Shown here piece by piece: positions 29,364 through 40,068 of a stretch of 64,000 nt of DNA; positions within the stretch are counted from its first letter, which is position 1, and each line of letters opens with the position of its first letter. Under the pieces are notes generated by a model. That model was given only the letters and a program-made list of their open reading frames with translations. It did no database searches and had not been told where the DNA came from. Source of the stretch: an uncultured Planctomycetota bacterium (GTDB lineage: Bacteria; Planctomycetota; Planctomycetia; Pirellulales; Lacipirellulaceae); assembly GCA_963719315.1 (NCBI GenBank), contig CAVRBU010000002.1, forward strand, positions 512,001-576,000. Reading direction: 5' to 3'. The translations under genes were made by a program, and so were the position numbers.

Positions 29364-31638
29364 ATGGAGATCAACTCTGTGCACACCCAGCTTCCTTTGC
29401 AATCGATCGGCCCGGTCATCCATGGTTACCACGAAAACCCCTTCGAGGTACTGGGGCCGCATGAAATCGAACAAAACGGTCGGCGTGCGCTGGCCGTGCG
29501 AGCATACTTGCCCGAGGCCCAGCAAGCCTGGGTTATCGATCCGGCCCACGGCGTTACCCGACCAATGCGACGGATTCATCCGGCCGGCCTGTTCGAAGCG
29601 GTTTGCCCTTCAACCTTCGACACCGGACACCAGATCGAAGATTCGCCGCGGCGAACACCTGACACCTCTCCCATTCCCGCCTACCAACTCCGGGTAACGT
29701 ACAAATCCGGCGAGACTCACACAATGCACGATCCGTACTCCTTTCCGCCGATGCTCTCCGACTACGACTTGCACCTTCTCGGCGAGGGTACGCATTGGCG
29801 GAGCTACGACCGGCTCGGCGCCCACCTGCGCACGATCGATGGCGTGGCCGGCGTGAACTTCGCCGTCTGGGCACCCAACGCAGAAAGCGTGGCCGTCGTC
29901 GGCGATTTCAATATGTGGGACCGCCGCAGTCACGCGATGCGGAAGCACATCCCCAGCGGCGTGTGGGAATTGTTCGTGCCTGGCACGACCATCGGCGCCA
30001 AGTACAAATACGCGGTCAAGCAACGCGGCGGCCGCGTGGTTGATAAATGCGATCCTTACGGATTCTTCGCCGAGGTGCCGCCGCTGACGGCCAACATCGT
30101 GGCCGACCTCGACGACTACCAGTGGAACGACGCCGAGTGGATCCGCACGCGGCCCCAACACAACGCGCTCGATGCGCCGCAATCCATCTACGAGATGCAC
30201 CTCGGCAGTTGGCGCCGCGACCCGGCAGACCCCGCCCGCTGGCTGAGCTACGGCGAGATCGCCCCGCAATTGGCCGAATACTGCCGGAAAATGGGTTTTA
30301 CTCACGTGCAACTGATGCCCGTCAGCGAGCACCCGTTCACCGGAAGCTGGGGCTACCAGACCACCGGCTATTACGCCGCCACGAGCCGCTACGGCAGGCC
30401 CCAGGACTTCATGTACTTCGTCGATCTGCTACACCGGAACGGCATCGGCGTGATCATCGACTGGGTGCCGGCCCACTTCCCCAAAGACGACCACGGCCTG
30501 CGCCAGTTCGACGGCACGCGCCCTCTACGAACACGCCGACCCACGCAAGGGCGAGCACCCCGATTGGGGCACGATGATCTTCAACTACGGCCGCAACGAA
30601 ATTCGCAACTTCCTCCTCTCGAACGCTTTATTCTGGCTGGACAAGTACCACATCGACGGGCTCCGCGTCGATGCCGTCGCCTCGATGCTGTACCTCGATT
30701 ACAGCCGCAAGGAAGGCGAGTGGGAACCCAACTGTTTCGGCGGCCGCGAGAATCTGGAAGCCATCGACTTCCTCAAGAAGTTCAACGAAGAAGTCCATCT
30801 GCAATACCCCGGCGTCCTCACGATCGCCGAGGAATCGACCGCCTGGACCGGCGTCTCGCGACCCACCTACGTCGGCGGTCTCGGCTTCTCGCTCAAATGG
30901 AACATGGGCTGGATGAACGACACCCGCGAGTACATGCACAAGGACCCGATCCACCGCAAGTTCCACCACGACGAGCTCACGTTCTCGTTGATCTACGCCT
31001 TCACGGAAAACTTCTGCCTGCCGCTGTCGCACGACGAAGTGGTACACGGCAAAGGCTCGCTCCTGGACCAGATGCCCGGCGACCTGTGGCAGCGGTTTGC
31101 CAACCTGCGGCTAATGTACGGCTACATGTGGTCCCACCCCGGCAAAAAGCTGCTCTTCATGGGCGGCGAATTCGGCCAGTGGACCGAGTGGAACTGCAAC
31201 GAATCGCTGCAATGGCACTTGCTCGATTGGCAATCGCACGAGGGAGTGCAACGCTACCTGGCCGATCTGAACGCCTTGTATCGTCGCGAGCCGGCCTTGC
31301 ACGAGGTCGATTTCGACTGGTTCGGTTTCGAGTGGATCGACTGCCACAACTGGCAAGACAGCGTGCTGTCCTTCATCCGCAAGGCCAAGGACCCGAACGA
31401 TTACGTGATCTGCTGCTGCAATTTCACACCGGTGCCGCGCGTGGCGTACAAACTCGGCGTGCCGGAAACGTGCTGGTACGAAGAGATCAGCAACAGCGAC
31501 AGCACATTCTACGGCGGCAGCGATCTGGGCAACGCGGGCGGCCTCCAAGCCCTCCCCGTCGAACACCACGGCCGCCCGGCGAGCATCGAAGTCACCTTAC
31601 CACCGCTGGCAATGGTGATGTTCAAGCCCCGGCGGTAG
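29364..31638 (+). CDS. glgB: 1,4-alpha-glucan branching enzyme (frameshift near 30519)
   Basis: [30 protein letters not shown], then in another frame ALYEH...[36 protein letters not shown]. Confidence 0.95.
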
Positions 31639-31699
31639 AGCGGTAGAGAGATTTTCAACCTGACGCTTGCGCCCTGCGGCTGATCCGTTCGCCCGCCGA

Positions 31700-31727
31700 A
31701 TCAGCCGGCACGCGCTAGCGTCCGGTT
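31700..31727. repeat. REP-like palindrome
   Basis: atcagccggcacgcgctagcgtccggtt between convergent genes. Confidence 0.5.
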
Positions 31728-31769
31728 TGTCCTGCCTAAAAGGTCAAACAAGACTCGGAACGATCTTGC

Positions 31770-34256
31770 TCAGCCGCCGCTGGACCTCTCGTCTTCCGGC
31801 GCCGATTGATCCTGTCCCTGCTTTTCCATGTCCTTATCCCGCTGCCACTTGAGATTGGAGTTTTTCGTAATATCGGCCACCAGGCTGCTGGCGACTTCTT
31901 GCGCATGGCCTTGAATCATCGTGCCCAGACCCGGCCAGGTGTTGGCCTCGGCCAGATACTCCGAACGCAAATCGTTGAGTGGCGGTTGATGCTCAACCAG
32001 CCGGATCACGTAGGCGATCGTGTGATCGTGGTTCAAGGCGACGCCGACCTGGCCGTCCTTGAGTTGGAAAACTTCCTTCATGAAGTCGGGGCCGGGCGCC
32101 GTGATCCCATCCGGCTGGCTGAGCCGATATGGTTGGCGCTGTAACTGTCCATTGGCGTACCCAACGTCGCCGCCCGTCAGCTCCGAAAACGGATCAGTGC
32201 GAACGACTTTGATATTCTTGTCGTCGGCGAAAAAAGCTGGCAGAGGCGTCTTGGCTTCTTGGGCTTTCTTGGCAAGTTCCTGGGCATGCTTCTCCGCCAA
32301 ATCGGCCGCCTGATTGGCCTTCCAGGCCTTGACGACCTCGTCGCGGACGTCGGCTAATGCGGGAATGCGGCCCGGTGTGTCGCTCGTTTTGAGGACAATG
32401 AAGCGGTTGCCATCGATATCGGTGGTCGTGAAGGGTTGATACAGGTCGGCATCGCGGCTGAAGAACAACATGCCAATCAACGACTTGTTCAAATCCACCA
32501 CCGCTGACTTGCCGACCGGCGTGTCGCGCATTTGGAGCACCGACATCGGGCCTGTCGTCCCCGTCTTGAGGCCATATTTTTCCGCCAGGGGCGCCAGATC
32601 GGTCAGCGACTTCGGCGGCGCGGGCGGCTCCTTCTTGTCCTCGTGAGCGGCCAGGATTTCCCCTAAGTACGTGCTGGAATCAACATCGAGCGCACCTTGG
32701 ATATCTCTCGTCAGCTTGGTAAGTTCTTCAGCGACTTTGTCCTCGGCCAGCCGGCGGCGAATGATGTCCTTTACCTCGTCGAGCGGCTGAAACTCGAGCG
32801 GTTTTTTGGGTGCCGGCGGCGTAGTTGCCGGGGCGGCGGCGGGTGGAGTCGTTGTTGGCGGCGGCGTAGTTTCAGCCGGCTTATCGGGCGCGTCGGTGGA
32901 TTTGGCCTCTGTCGCGGCGGGATCATCCGACTTCGACGCATCAGCCTTCGCGGCATCGCCCTGCTCAGCGTCCTGCAAAAAAGCAGCCAAGCGGAACGGG
33001 GTCTTCGACCGCACGTGTAGCGACGATTGCTTTCCATCCTTCGCGGCAGCATCCTCATCGCCGTCCTTGGCCGGCGGCTGCACGTCATCGGGCGCTGCAG
33101 GCTTCTCCTCGTCAGTCGTCGCCTTACCTTCGGCAGGAGCCTCTTTGGATTCCGCCGCCGGCGGCATGGCCGGTTCCTCGCTCGGCCTGGAGTCACTCGC
33201 GCCCTTCGCGTCCGGCGCCGCGCCATTCTCTGGTTTGGTGGTCTCCTTCTGCTGGCCCTTGTCTTCCATCAGATCCATGGCGGCCTTGACGAACATCGGA
33301 TCTTTATGAGCTTCGTAGTATTTCGCGATTTCCTCATCCGTGACTCTTTCCTCGGCATTCGCCAAGAAAATGTCGTAGTTCGCCTCGATGAATTGGACGT
33401 CGATCTTGCGCGGGATGCGGAAGCCGGGTGTCGGCGACGGAAGCTCGGTGGTCCCCACTAACTCGGGGCTGGACTCGCGTTCGCTGTATTTCGTTCCGCG
33501 GTCGTCCTTCTTTTCGAAGAACGCCTGCAACTCGGCCTCGGTCGGCTCTTTGACGTCGACCAGGAACGACTCGGCAGGAATCGCCGCGGCTTCGATCACG
33601 ACCCGATCGTTCACGCGGAGCCAGTCCTTCCACCGCTGCTCGGGCGTAACCGTCCCAAACGCATACTGGTTGCTGTTGATGTAGTTATGTGCCAGCATCT
33701 CCTCGCGTAGGGCGCCCATGATGTCGTCGATCGACAAACGCGTGTGCGATCCCATGCCGTTGAGGATCTTCCGCATGTCGGGACGCGTTACTCTGCCTCG
33801 GCCCAACTGATCGAGGTATTGAACAATGGTCGCGTCGCTCACCCGCATGCCGGCCTGCCGGGCTGCGTCGGCCAAGAGCTTGGTCTCGACAACGCTTTGT
33901 TCGATGCCTTGCTGTGGTGTATCGGGGCCAAGCAGACGTTGCACACGCAATTCGCTCGGCTCGACGCCTGCCTCGTAAGCCGTGCGGGCGCCCCCCATCT
34001 CAACCTGCTGCAAGAACGAGTTCAGCAACCTGCGCCGCATGACCAGGTTATTGACTTCCTGATTGGTCAAGCTGCCGCCATCCCAACGGACGGCGACGGC
34101 CCTGGCATCCCCGCCAGCGCTTCGCGCACCACCGTCCGAACCGCCCATTATGCTGGTGAGGGCGCCTCCCCCCAACCAGGCAAGGATCAAGAGAACGGTA
34201 ATAATCGCCAACATTGGCTTGACGTTCTTGCGAAAAACACGAAAAGGACTAGCCAT
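31770..34256 (-). CDS. Membrane-anchored periplasmic protein, SurA/PpiD-like, with a large low-complexity insert
   Basis: FRKN.K + TM helix; LLA..A...G..VSD..I..YL; PTEAEL..FFE; EEI..YYE.HK; PL.EV+..I; Pro/Ala/Glu-rich insert. Confidence 0.65.
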   Translation of the reverse strand: MASPFRVFRKNVKPMLAIITVLLILAWLGGGALTSIMGGSDGGARSAGGDARAVAVRWDGGSLTNQEVNNLVMRRRLLNSFLQQVEMGGARTAYEAGVEPSELRVQRLLGPDTPQQGIEQSVVETKLLADAARQAGMRVSDATIVQYLDQLGRGRVTRPDMRKILNGMGSHTRLSIDDIMGALREEMLAHNYINSNQYAFGTVTPEQRWKDWLRVNDRVVIEAAAIPAESFLVDVKEPTEAELQAFFEKKDDRGTKYSERESSPELVGTTELPSPTPGFRIPRKIDVQFIEANYDIFLANAEERVTDEEIAKYYEAHKDPMFVKAAMDLMEDKGQQKETTKPENGAAPDAKGASDSRPSEEPAMPPAAESKEAPAEGKATTDEEKPAAPDDVQPPAKDGDEDAAAKDGKQSSLHVRSKTPFRLAAFLQDAEQGDAAKADASKSDDPAATEAKSTDAPDKPAETTPPPTTTPPAAAPATTPPAPKKPLEFQPLDEVKDIIRRRLAEDKVAEELTKLTRDIQGALDVDSSTYLGEILAAHEDKKEPPAPPKSLTDLAPLAEKYGLKTGTTGPMSVLQMRDTPVGKSAVVDLNKSLIGMLFFSRDADLYQPFTTTDIDGNRFIVLKTSDTPGRIPALADVRDEVVKAWKANQAADLAEKHAQELAKKAQEAKTPLPAFFADDKNIKVVRTDPFSELTGGDVGYANGQLQRQPYRLSQPDGITAPGPDFMKEVFQLKDGQVGVALNHDHTIAYVIRLVEHQPPLNDLRSEYLAEANTWPGLGTMIQGHAQEVASSLVADITKNSNLKWQRDKDMEKQGQDQSAPEDERSSGG

Positions 34257-34780
34257 AACAGTCGTTTGTCCAAATCCGCCGAGCCGAGGCGGAAATACCT
34301 ACAGAGAGCGCCGCTCGGCTCGCGACGCTTCGTCAATGAGAGGGCGACCGTCTTGACATCCGGCCCAGCCCGCAAGTAATCATTGACGGCTTGGTTGGTT
34401 GAGGCAAAGCGCGTGATTCTAAGTGGAATCGGCGCAAATGCAATCCCAACAGGGAGTATCGACCTGACTTGACGCTGCAAAACCCGGCGTAACCGCACCT
34501 TTCGACTTGCCGCGACCGGCAAGTGCGCAAACAATGCGGCGGCGAAACGACGGTATCAAAGTCTGCCAAAACTCGGTGCGACTCCGTTTTGAAATAATTT
34601 CACCAACATGACGGTTAGTTCGACAATGACGATTTTGCACTGGCCAAACGCAGCGGCAGAGACGGTAATGCCGCTACAAGAATTGGTTCTCACCGCCCGC
34701 CGTGGCGCAACCTGATAACATGCTCAGACAAATCCACTTATTTTCACCAGTCATCGCAGACTAACACTCGTTAGGGTTAA

Positions 34781-37488
34781 ATGGCCAAACGCAAAACGTC
34801 CAAATCGAATTCCGGCCCACGAGGCAACGCCTTGGTAATTGTCGAATCGCCGGCCAAGGCCCGGACGATCGGCAAATACCTGGGATCGGGTTTCACGGTC
34901 GAGGCGAGCATAGGCCACGTGCGCGATTTGCCGCAAGGCGCGGCCCAGATTCCCGCGGAATTCAAAGGAGAGTCGTGGTCGAACCTGGGCGTGAACGTCA
35001 ACGACAACTTCACGCCGATCTACATCGTTCCGCCCGGCAAAAGCAAACAAATCAAGCTCCTGAAGGACCGGCTCAAAACGGCGGACGCCCTCTACCTGGC
35101 GACGGACGAAGACCGCGAGGGCGAGGCCATTAGTTGGCATTTACTGGAGCTTCTCAAGCCGAAGGTGCCCGTCCATCGGCTCGTGTTTCACGAAATCACG
35201 AAGGACGCGATCCAGGCCGCGCTGCAATCGCCGCGCGACGTCGATGACGGTTTGGTACGTGCGCAAGAAACGCGTCGCATCCTCGATCGGCTTTACGGCT
35301 ACGAAGTTTCGCCGTTGTTATGGCGCAAGGTGCGGCCGAAACTTTCGGCCGGACGGGTGCAGAGCGTCGCCGTGCGGCTGATCGTCGAACGCGAGCGCGA
35401 GCGGATGGCGTTCGTCTCCGCCACCTGGTGGGACCTGATCGGCAAATTTGCGAAAACGAATCGTCAGCAGCTCCAAGCGGAATTGGTGTCTGTCGACGGT
35501 CGGAAAATCCCATCCGGCAAGGATTTCGATTCGTCGACCGGCAAACTCAAGAACAACGAGATGATGCTGCTGGATGGTCCGGCCGCGGAAGCGTTGGCCG
35601 AGCGCGTTCGGCGCGGTCAGTTCCGCGTGGCGAACGTCGAAGACAAGCCGTATACGTCGAAACCTTACCCGCCCTTCACTACGAGCACGCTGCAACAAGA
35701 AGCGAACCGCAAGCTTGGATTCACGGCCCGTCGCACGATGCAGGTGGCACAAAGCCTGTACGAAAATGGCCACATCACTTACATGCGGACCGACTCGACG
35801 AATCTGGCGCAAGTGGCGATCGATGACGCACGCCGGCTGGTCGCCGAGGAATACGGCAACGAATATTTGCCGGCCGAGGCGCGCGTCTACAAATCGAAAG
35901 TCAAAAATGCGCAGGAAGCCCACGAAGGTATTCGGCCCGCCGGCCACCCGTTCGAACTGCCCGGCGTATTGCGGAATGAACTGAACGCCGACGAATTCAA
36001 AATTTTCGATCTAGTTTGGAAACGCACGATGGCTAGCCAAATGGCCGACGCCCGTGGCCGACGGATCATGATCACGATCGAAGGCGAAGGCTGTGTCTTC
36101 CAGGTCAGTGGCAAAACGATTGATTTCCCCGGCTATCTGCGAGCGTATGTCGAGGGTAGCGATTCTCCGGATGCTGAACTCGCCGATCAGGAAATCGTGC
36201 TGCCCAGCGTTGCCGTGGGCGAAGCGCTTCAATGCGTGGAGATGGCGGCCAAAGAGCACGCCACGCAGTCACCGAGCCGATACAGCGAAGCCGCGCTCAC
36301 CAAGGCGCTCGAAGAACGCGGCATCGGCCGGCCCAGCACTTACGCATCGATTATCGACACAATCCAGAACCGCAACTATGCCTTCAAGAAAGGCGGCGCG
36401 CTGGTGCCCACTTGGGTCGCGTTCTCCGTGGTGCAATTGCTCGAAGAACATCTGGCCGGGCTGGTGGATTATCAATTCACGGCGCAGATGGAAGACGATC
36501 TGGATGCGATCAGCCGCGGCGAACGCGAGTATGTCGAATACTTGAAGTCGTTCTATTTCGGCAACGGCACGCCCGGTCTTAAGCCGCAGTTGGAGCACAA
36601 GGGCGAAGAAATCGACGCCCGCAGCATCAGCCGGATCACGATCGGCACTCCCGAGGGGGGGAGCCGGTCTACGTGCGCGTGGGACGGTATTCGCCGTTCG
36701 TGGAGCAAGGCGAGCGCACGGCCTCGCTCCCTGAGGAGACTCCGCCCGATGAAGTAACGCTCGAGTCCGCGCTGAGGTTGCTGGAACAGGCAGCGCAGGG
36801 CGACGAACCGCTTGGAACCTGCCCAGAAACCGGCAAGCCGGTGTATTTGAAGACCGGGCGGTTCGGGCCCTACGTTCAACGCGGCACTCCGGAAGACGAA
36901 GAAAAGCCGCAAAACGCCTCGCTGCTCAAGGGGATGGAGCCGTCGGACATCGATCTGGCGACGGCCCTCAAGCTCTTAACACTGCCGCGAAACCTGGGCA
37001 ATCATCCAGAGAATGGCGAACCGATCATGGCGTTTAACGGGCGGTTCGGCCCCTACGTAAAATGCGGCGAAGAAACCCGCTCGCTGCCGGCTGATCTCTC
37101 GCCGCTGGATGTCTCGCTTGAACAAGCCGTGCATTTGCTCGCCCAGCCGAAGCAACGTGGCCGGGGCGCCGCGGCCAAGCGCGAGCCGCTCAAAGTGTTT
37201 GATGAATCGCCCGTTACGAAGCAAAAGATTCAACTCTTGGACGGTCGCTACGGGCCCTACGTCACCGATGGCGAAACCAACGCGTCGCTGCCCAAAGCCA
37301 CTCCCGCGGAAGAATTAACGTTTCAAGAAGCGCTCGATCTGCTGGCCGCTCGAGCCGCACTCGGACCGTCAAAAGGCAAAAAAGCAAAAAAGAAACCGGC
37401 CAAGGCCGCGAAGTCTCCGAAGAAGACGGCGACCAAGCGGCGGGCGACCGCGAAGGCAGCGGTGAAGTCATCGAAGAAAAAGGCATAG
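34781..37488 (+). CDS. topA: DNA topoisomerase I (type IA) with C-terminal GRFGPY repeats (frameshift in G7 run 36655-36661)
   Basis: LVIVESPAKA, ATDEDREGE, SAGRVQS, ITYMRTDS, AQEAHE, GIGRPSTY; second frame has four GR(F/Y)(G/S)P(Y/F)V repeats and a Lys-rich tail. Confidence 0.95.
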
Positions 37489-37704
37489 CTGAACGGTGCC
37501 TTTCTATCTGGCCGCGCCTGATTATCGGCCTATCCCGTGCGTTTAGCCGCAGCGCTCGTTTGACATGGCGACTTTCGAGGGAGAGAATCGCGGGCTTATC
37601 GCCACTCCTCATGGCGCTGCTCAACAGCAGCCAGATATGGGAGCCACCGAACTTAAAGGCGAACTTCAGCGAATACCAGCGGTCTACATCAGCAAGGAAG
37701 CGAA

Positions 37705-39153
37705 ATGTCGAACTCTACCGCTGCCGCTCGATTACAGCCCGTTGCACGCTCCCTGACCGAGGGCTCAATCGCTGGCGCACTGGTGCGGCTTTCGGTCCCG
37801 ATCGTCGCGGCCAACATTTTGCAGACCGCGTATCAGATCACCGATACGTGGTGGGTGGGTCGATTGAGCGCCGAGGCGGTGGCCGCCGTAACGCTTTGTT
37901 TCCCCATCAATTTCTTGATGATTGCAATCGGCGGCGGCCTGGCGATCGCCGGCTCGGTGCTGATCGCCCAATACAAAGGCCGCGGTGAAGAGCGGGCGAT
38001 GAACCACGTCACCGCGCAAACGCTCATAATGGTGACGGTGGCCGCGGTCGCTCTCTCGACGGTCGGCTACGCCTTCAGCGAGCCGATTGTCCGCTTCATG
38101 GGCGCGGAGCCCAAGGTCTTGCCCGACGCCATGCGGTTCATGCAGATCACATTCCTCGGCTTCATCTTTGTCTTCGGGTTCTTTGTCTACCAATCGCTGA
38201 TGCGCGGATTAGGCGTCGTGCTGGTGCCGATGCTCATCGTGCTGTTGACCGTGCTGTTGAACTTCGCGCTCGACCCGCTGTTCATCTTTGGCTGGGGTCC
38301 GGTGCCCGCCCTCGGCGTGGCGGGAGCCGCGATGGCCACGCTTTCGACGCAAGCGTTGGCCGCGATTATCGGTTTCGCGCTGCTATTCAGTGGCAAGCAC
38401 GGTCTGCGGCCGCGGTTGGCCGATTTTCGCCCCGATTGGTCGGTGATTCGGCGCACATTAGTGCTGGGCGCTCCCGCGTCCATCGAACAATCCACGCGCG
38501 CGCTGAGCATGACGGTGATGACGCTGCTAGTGTCGGGTTTCGGCACGGTGGCCGTCGCGGCCTACGGCGTCGGAATCCGAATTCTCACGTTCGTCGTCAT
38601 CCCCGCGATGGGCCTGTCGATGGCGACGACCACGCTGGTCGCCCAGAACCTCGGCGCCGGCAAACTCCAGCGGGCCGAACATACCACGCTCGTCGCCGGC
38701 CTGCTGTCGTTCTGCATTCCCACGACGGGCGGCATCTTCTTGTTTCTCTTCTCCGTTCCACTCGCCACGTTTTTCATTCCCAATAGCCCGGCGGCGATCG
38801 AGGAAAGCGCCCAATTCATCCGCATCATTTCGCTCGCCCTGGGCTGCCTCGGTTTACAGCACACGCTCACCGGCACGCTCCGCGGCGCGGGCAACACGCT
38901 GGCCGCCATGGTGCTCACGATCGTGTCGACCTGGGTCATTCAATTTCCATCCGCCTTTGTGCTTTCGCGACATACGTCGCTCGGCATCGACGGCATTTGG
39001 TGGTCCCACCCGTTTTCGATGTTAGCGTCGGTCACATTGTGCCTGGTCTGGTTTCTCGGCGGAGATTGGAAGCGCACAAAGCTGCTAGAGGACCTTGAAC
39101 TCGAGCAGATAGTGCTCGAAGAAGCGCGGATTGAGGAAGGGATTACGACGTAG
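37705..39153 (+). CDS. MATE family efflux transporter
   Basis: LT.G.I...L..LS.P, D..WVGRL, LN..LDP.FIFG...LGV.GAA.AT; about 12 TM segments. Confidence 0.93.
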   Translation: MSNSTAAARLQPVARSLTEGSIAGALVRLSVPIVAANILQTAYQITDTWWVGRLSAEAVAAVTLCFPINFLMIAIGGGLAIAGSVLIAQYKGRGEERAMNHVTAQTLIMVTVAAVALSTVGYAFSEPIVRFMGAEPKVLPDAMRFMQITFLGFIFVFGFFVYQSLMRGLGVVLVPMLIVLLTVLLNFALDPLFIFGWGPVPALGVAGAAMATLSTQALAAIIGFALLFSGKHGLRPRLADFRPDWSVIRRTLVLGAPASIEQSTRALSMTVMTLLVSGFGTVAVAAYGVGIRILTFVVIPAMGLSMATTTLVAQNLGAGKLQRAEHTTLVAGLLSFCIPTTGGIFLFLFSVPLATFFIPNSPAAIEESAQFIRIISLALGCLGLQHTLTGTLRGAGNTLAAMVLTIVSTWVIQFPSAFVLSRHTSLGIDGIWWSHPFSMLASVTLCLVWFLGGDWKRTKLLEDLELEQIVLEEARIEEGITT

Positions 39154-39561
39154 TCCGCATCGAGCCTTGCGTCGTGCTCGTGTCTCCCTCGGCCACCACG
39201 TAGGCCACGGCGAAATTGCGGCAGTGGGAGATCGAGACGTGCATACTTTTGATGCCCGCTCGTTCCATCACGTCTCGCGCGCCGCCGCGGAGCAGTACCG
39301 CGGCGCGCCGCTGCGGTCGTTGCGAATCTCGATATCGCGCCAGCCGATGCCCCGCCGCCAGCCGGTGCCGAGCGCTTTCAGCACGGCCTCTTTCGCCGCC
39401 CACCGGCCAGCGTAGTGTTGCGTGGCCGCTTTGCGCGTGGTGCAGTATTCGATTTCGAGATCGGTGTACACGCGCGTGATGAACAGCTCTCCATGGCGCT
39501 CGATCATCTGCGCGATCCGCAGACATTCCACGATATCGATGCCGACACCAACGATGGACAT
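39143..39561 (-). CDS. acpS: Holo-[acyl-carrier-protein] synthase (frameshift near 39300)
   Basis: IVGVGIDIVE..RI, YAGRWAAKEAVLKALGTG, GAP then in another frame VLLRGGA...MHVSISHC..FAVAYVVAE. Confidence 0.92.
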
Positions 39562-39618
39562 TGCGGAGATTTAGGGTTCAGGATTCAGGAACATTTGGCG
39601 TCGGCCGCAAGGCCGAAT

Positions 39619-40068
39619 CTACCGCCGATCACGCCGCAACACGATTGCGATTCCAACGGCCGCAGACGCGATGATCGTCGCATCGAGACACCACAGCGGC
39701 GCGTTGAACTCGCGGGCGAAATAATCTCGCGGCCCAGGCGGCGTATCGGAGCGAAACATTGCCACGGCGGCCGACTTCGTTCGAGCTTCCCGCCATTGTC
39801 CGCGGAAATCGCGGTACAGCCAAGCGTGTTCGGCGAGGATCGTGAAAATCGCGAGAAGCAGCGTGCCGACAACGAGCGGGGCCGGACCGGCGATGCGTAG
39901 CATCGCGGCTAATCGGCCGAGAAGAACGCCCAGCAAGGCGCCGACGCCTAGCGAGGTGAGGCCTATCGGCGCGTGACCTGAAGCGTGAACTAGTGCTGCC
40001 ACCCAGCCGACGCCGATGGCCGCGATCGTGCCGAAGAGCAACCAGAACAACAGCGATTTCAGTTGCAT
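39619..40068 (-). CDS. Hypothetical membrane protein
   Basis: 4 hydrophobic segments; abuts the upstream gene's stop codon. Confidence 0.7.
   Translation of the reverse strand: MQLKSLLFWLLFGTIAAIGVGWVAALVHASGHAPIGLTSLGVGALLGVLLGRLAAMLRIAGPAPLVVGTLLLAIFTILAEHAWLYRDFRGQWREARTKSAAVAMFRSDTPPGPRDYFAREFNAPLWCLDATIIASAAVGIAIVLRRDRR

Noticed and set aside
34257..34780. ncRNA in the 520-nt divergent intergenic region before topA
   Set aside because: Only short hairpins and weak promoter-like hexamers; nothing supportable.
36655..36661. Programmed frameshift or phase variation in topA
   Set aside because: One extra G restores PEGGEPVYVRVGRY, and four other genes show similar lone indels, so assembly error is more parsimonious.
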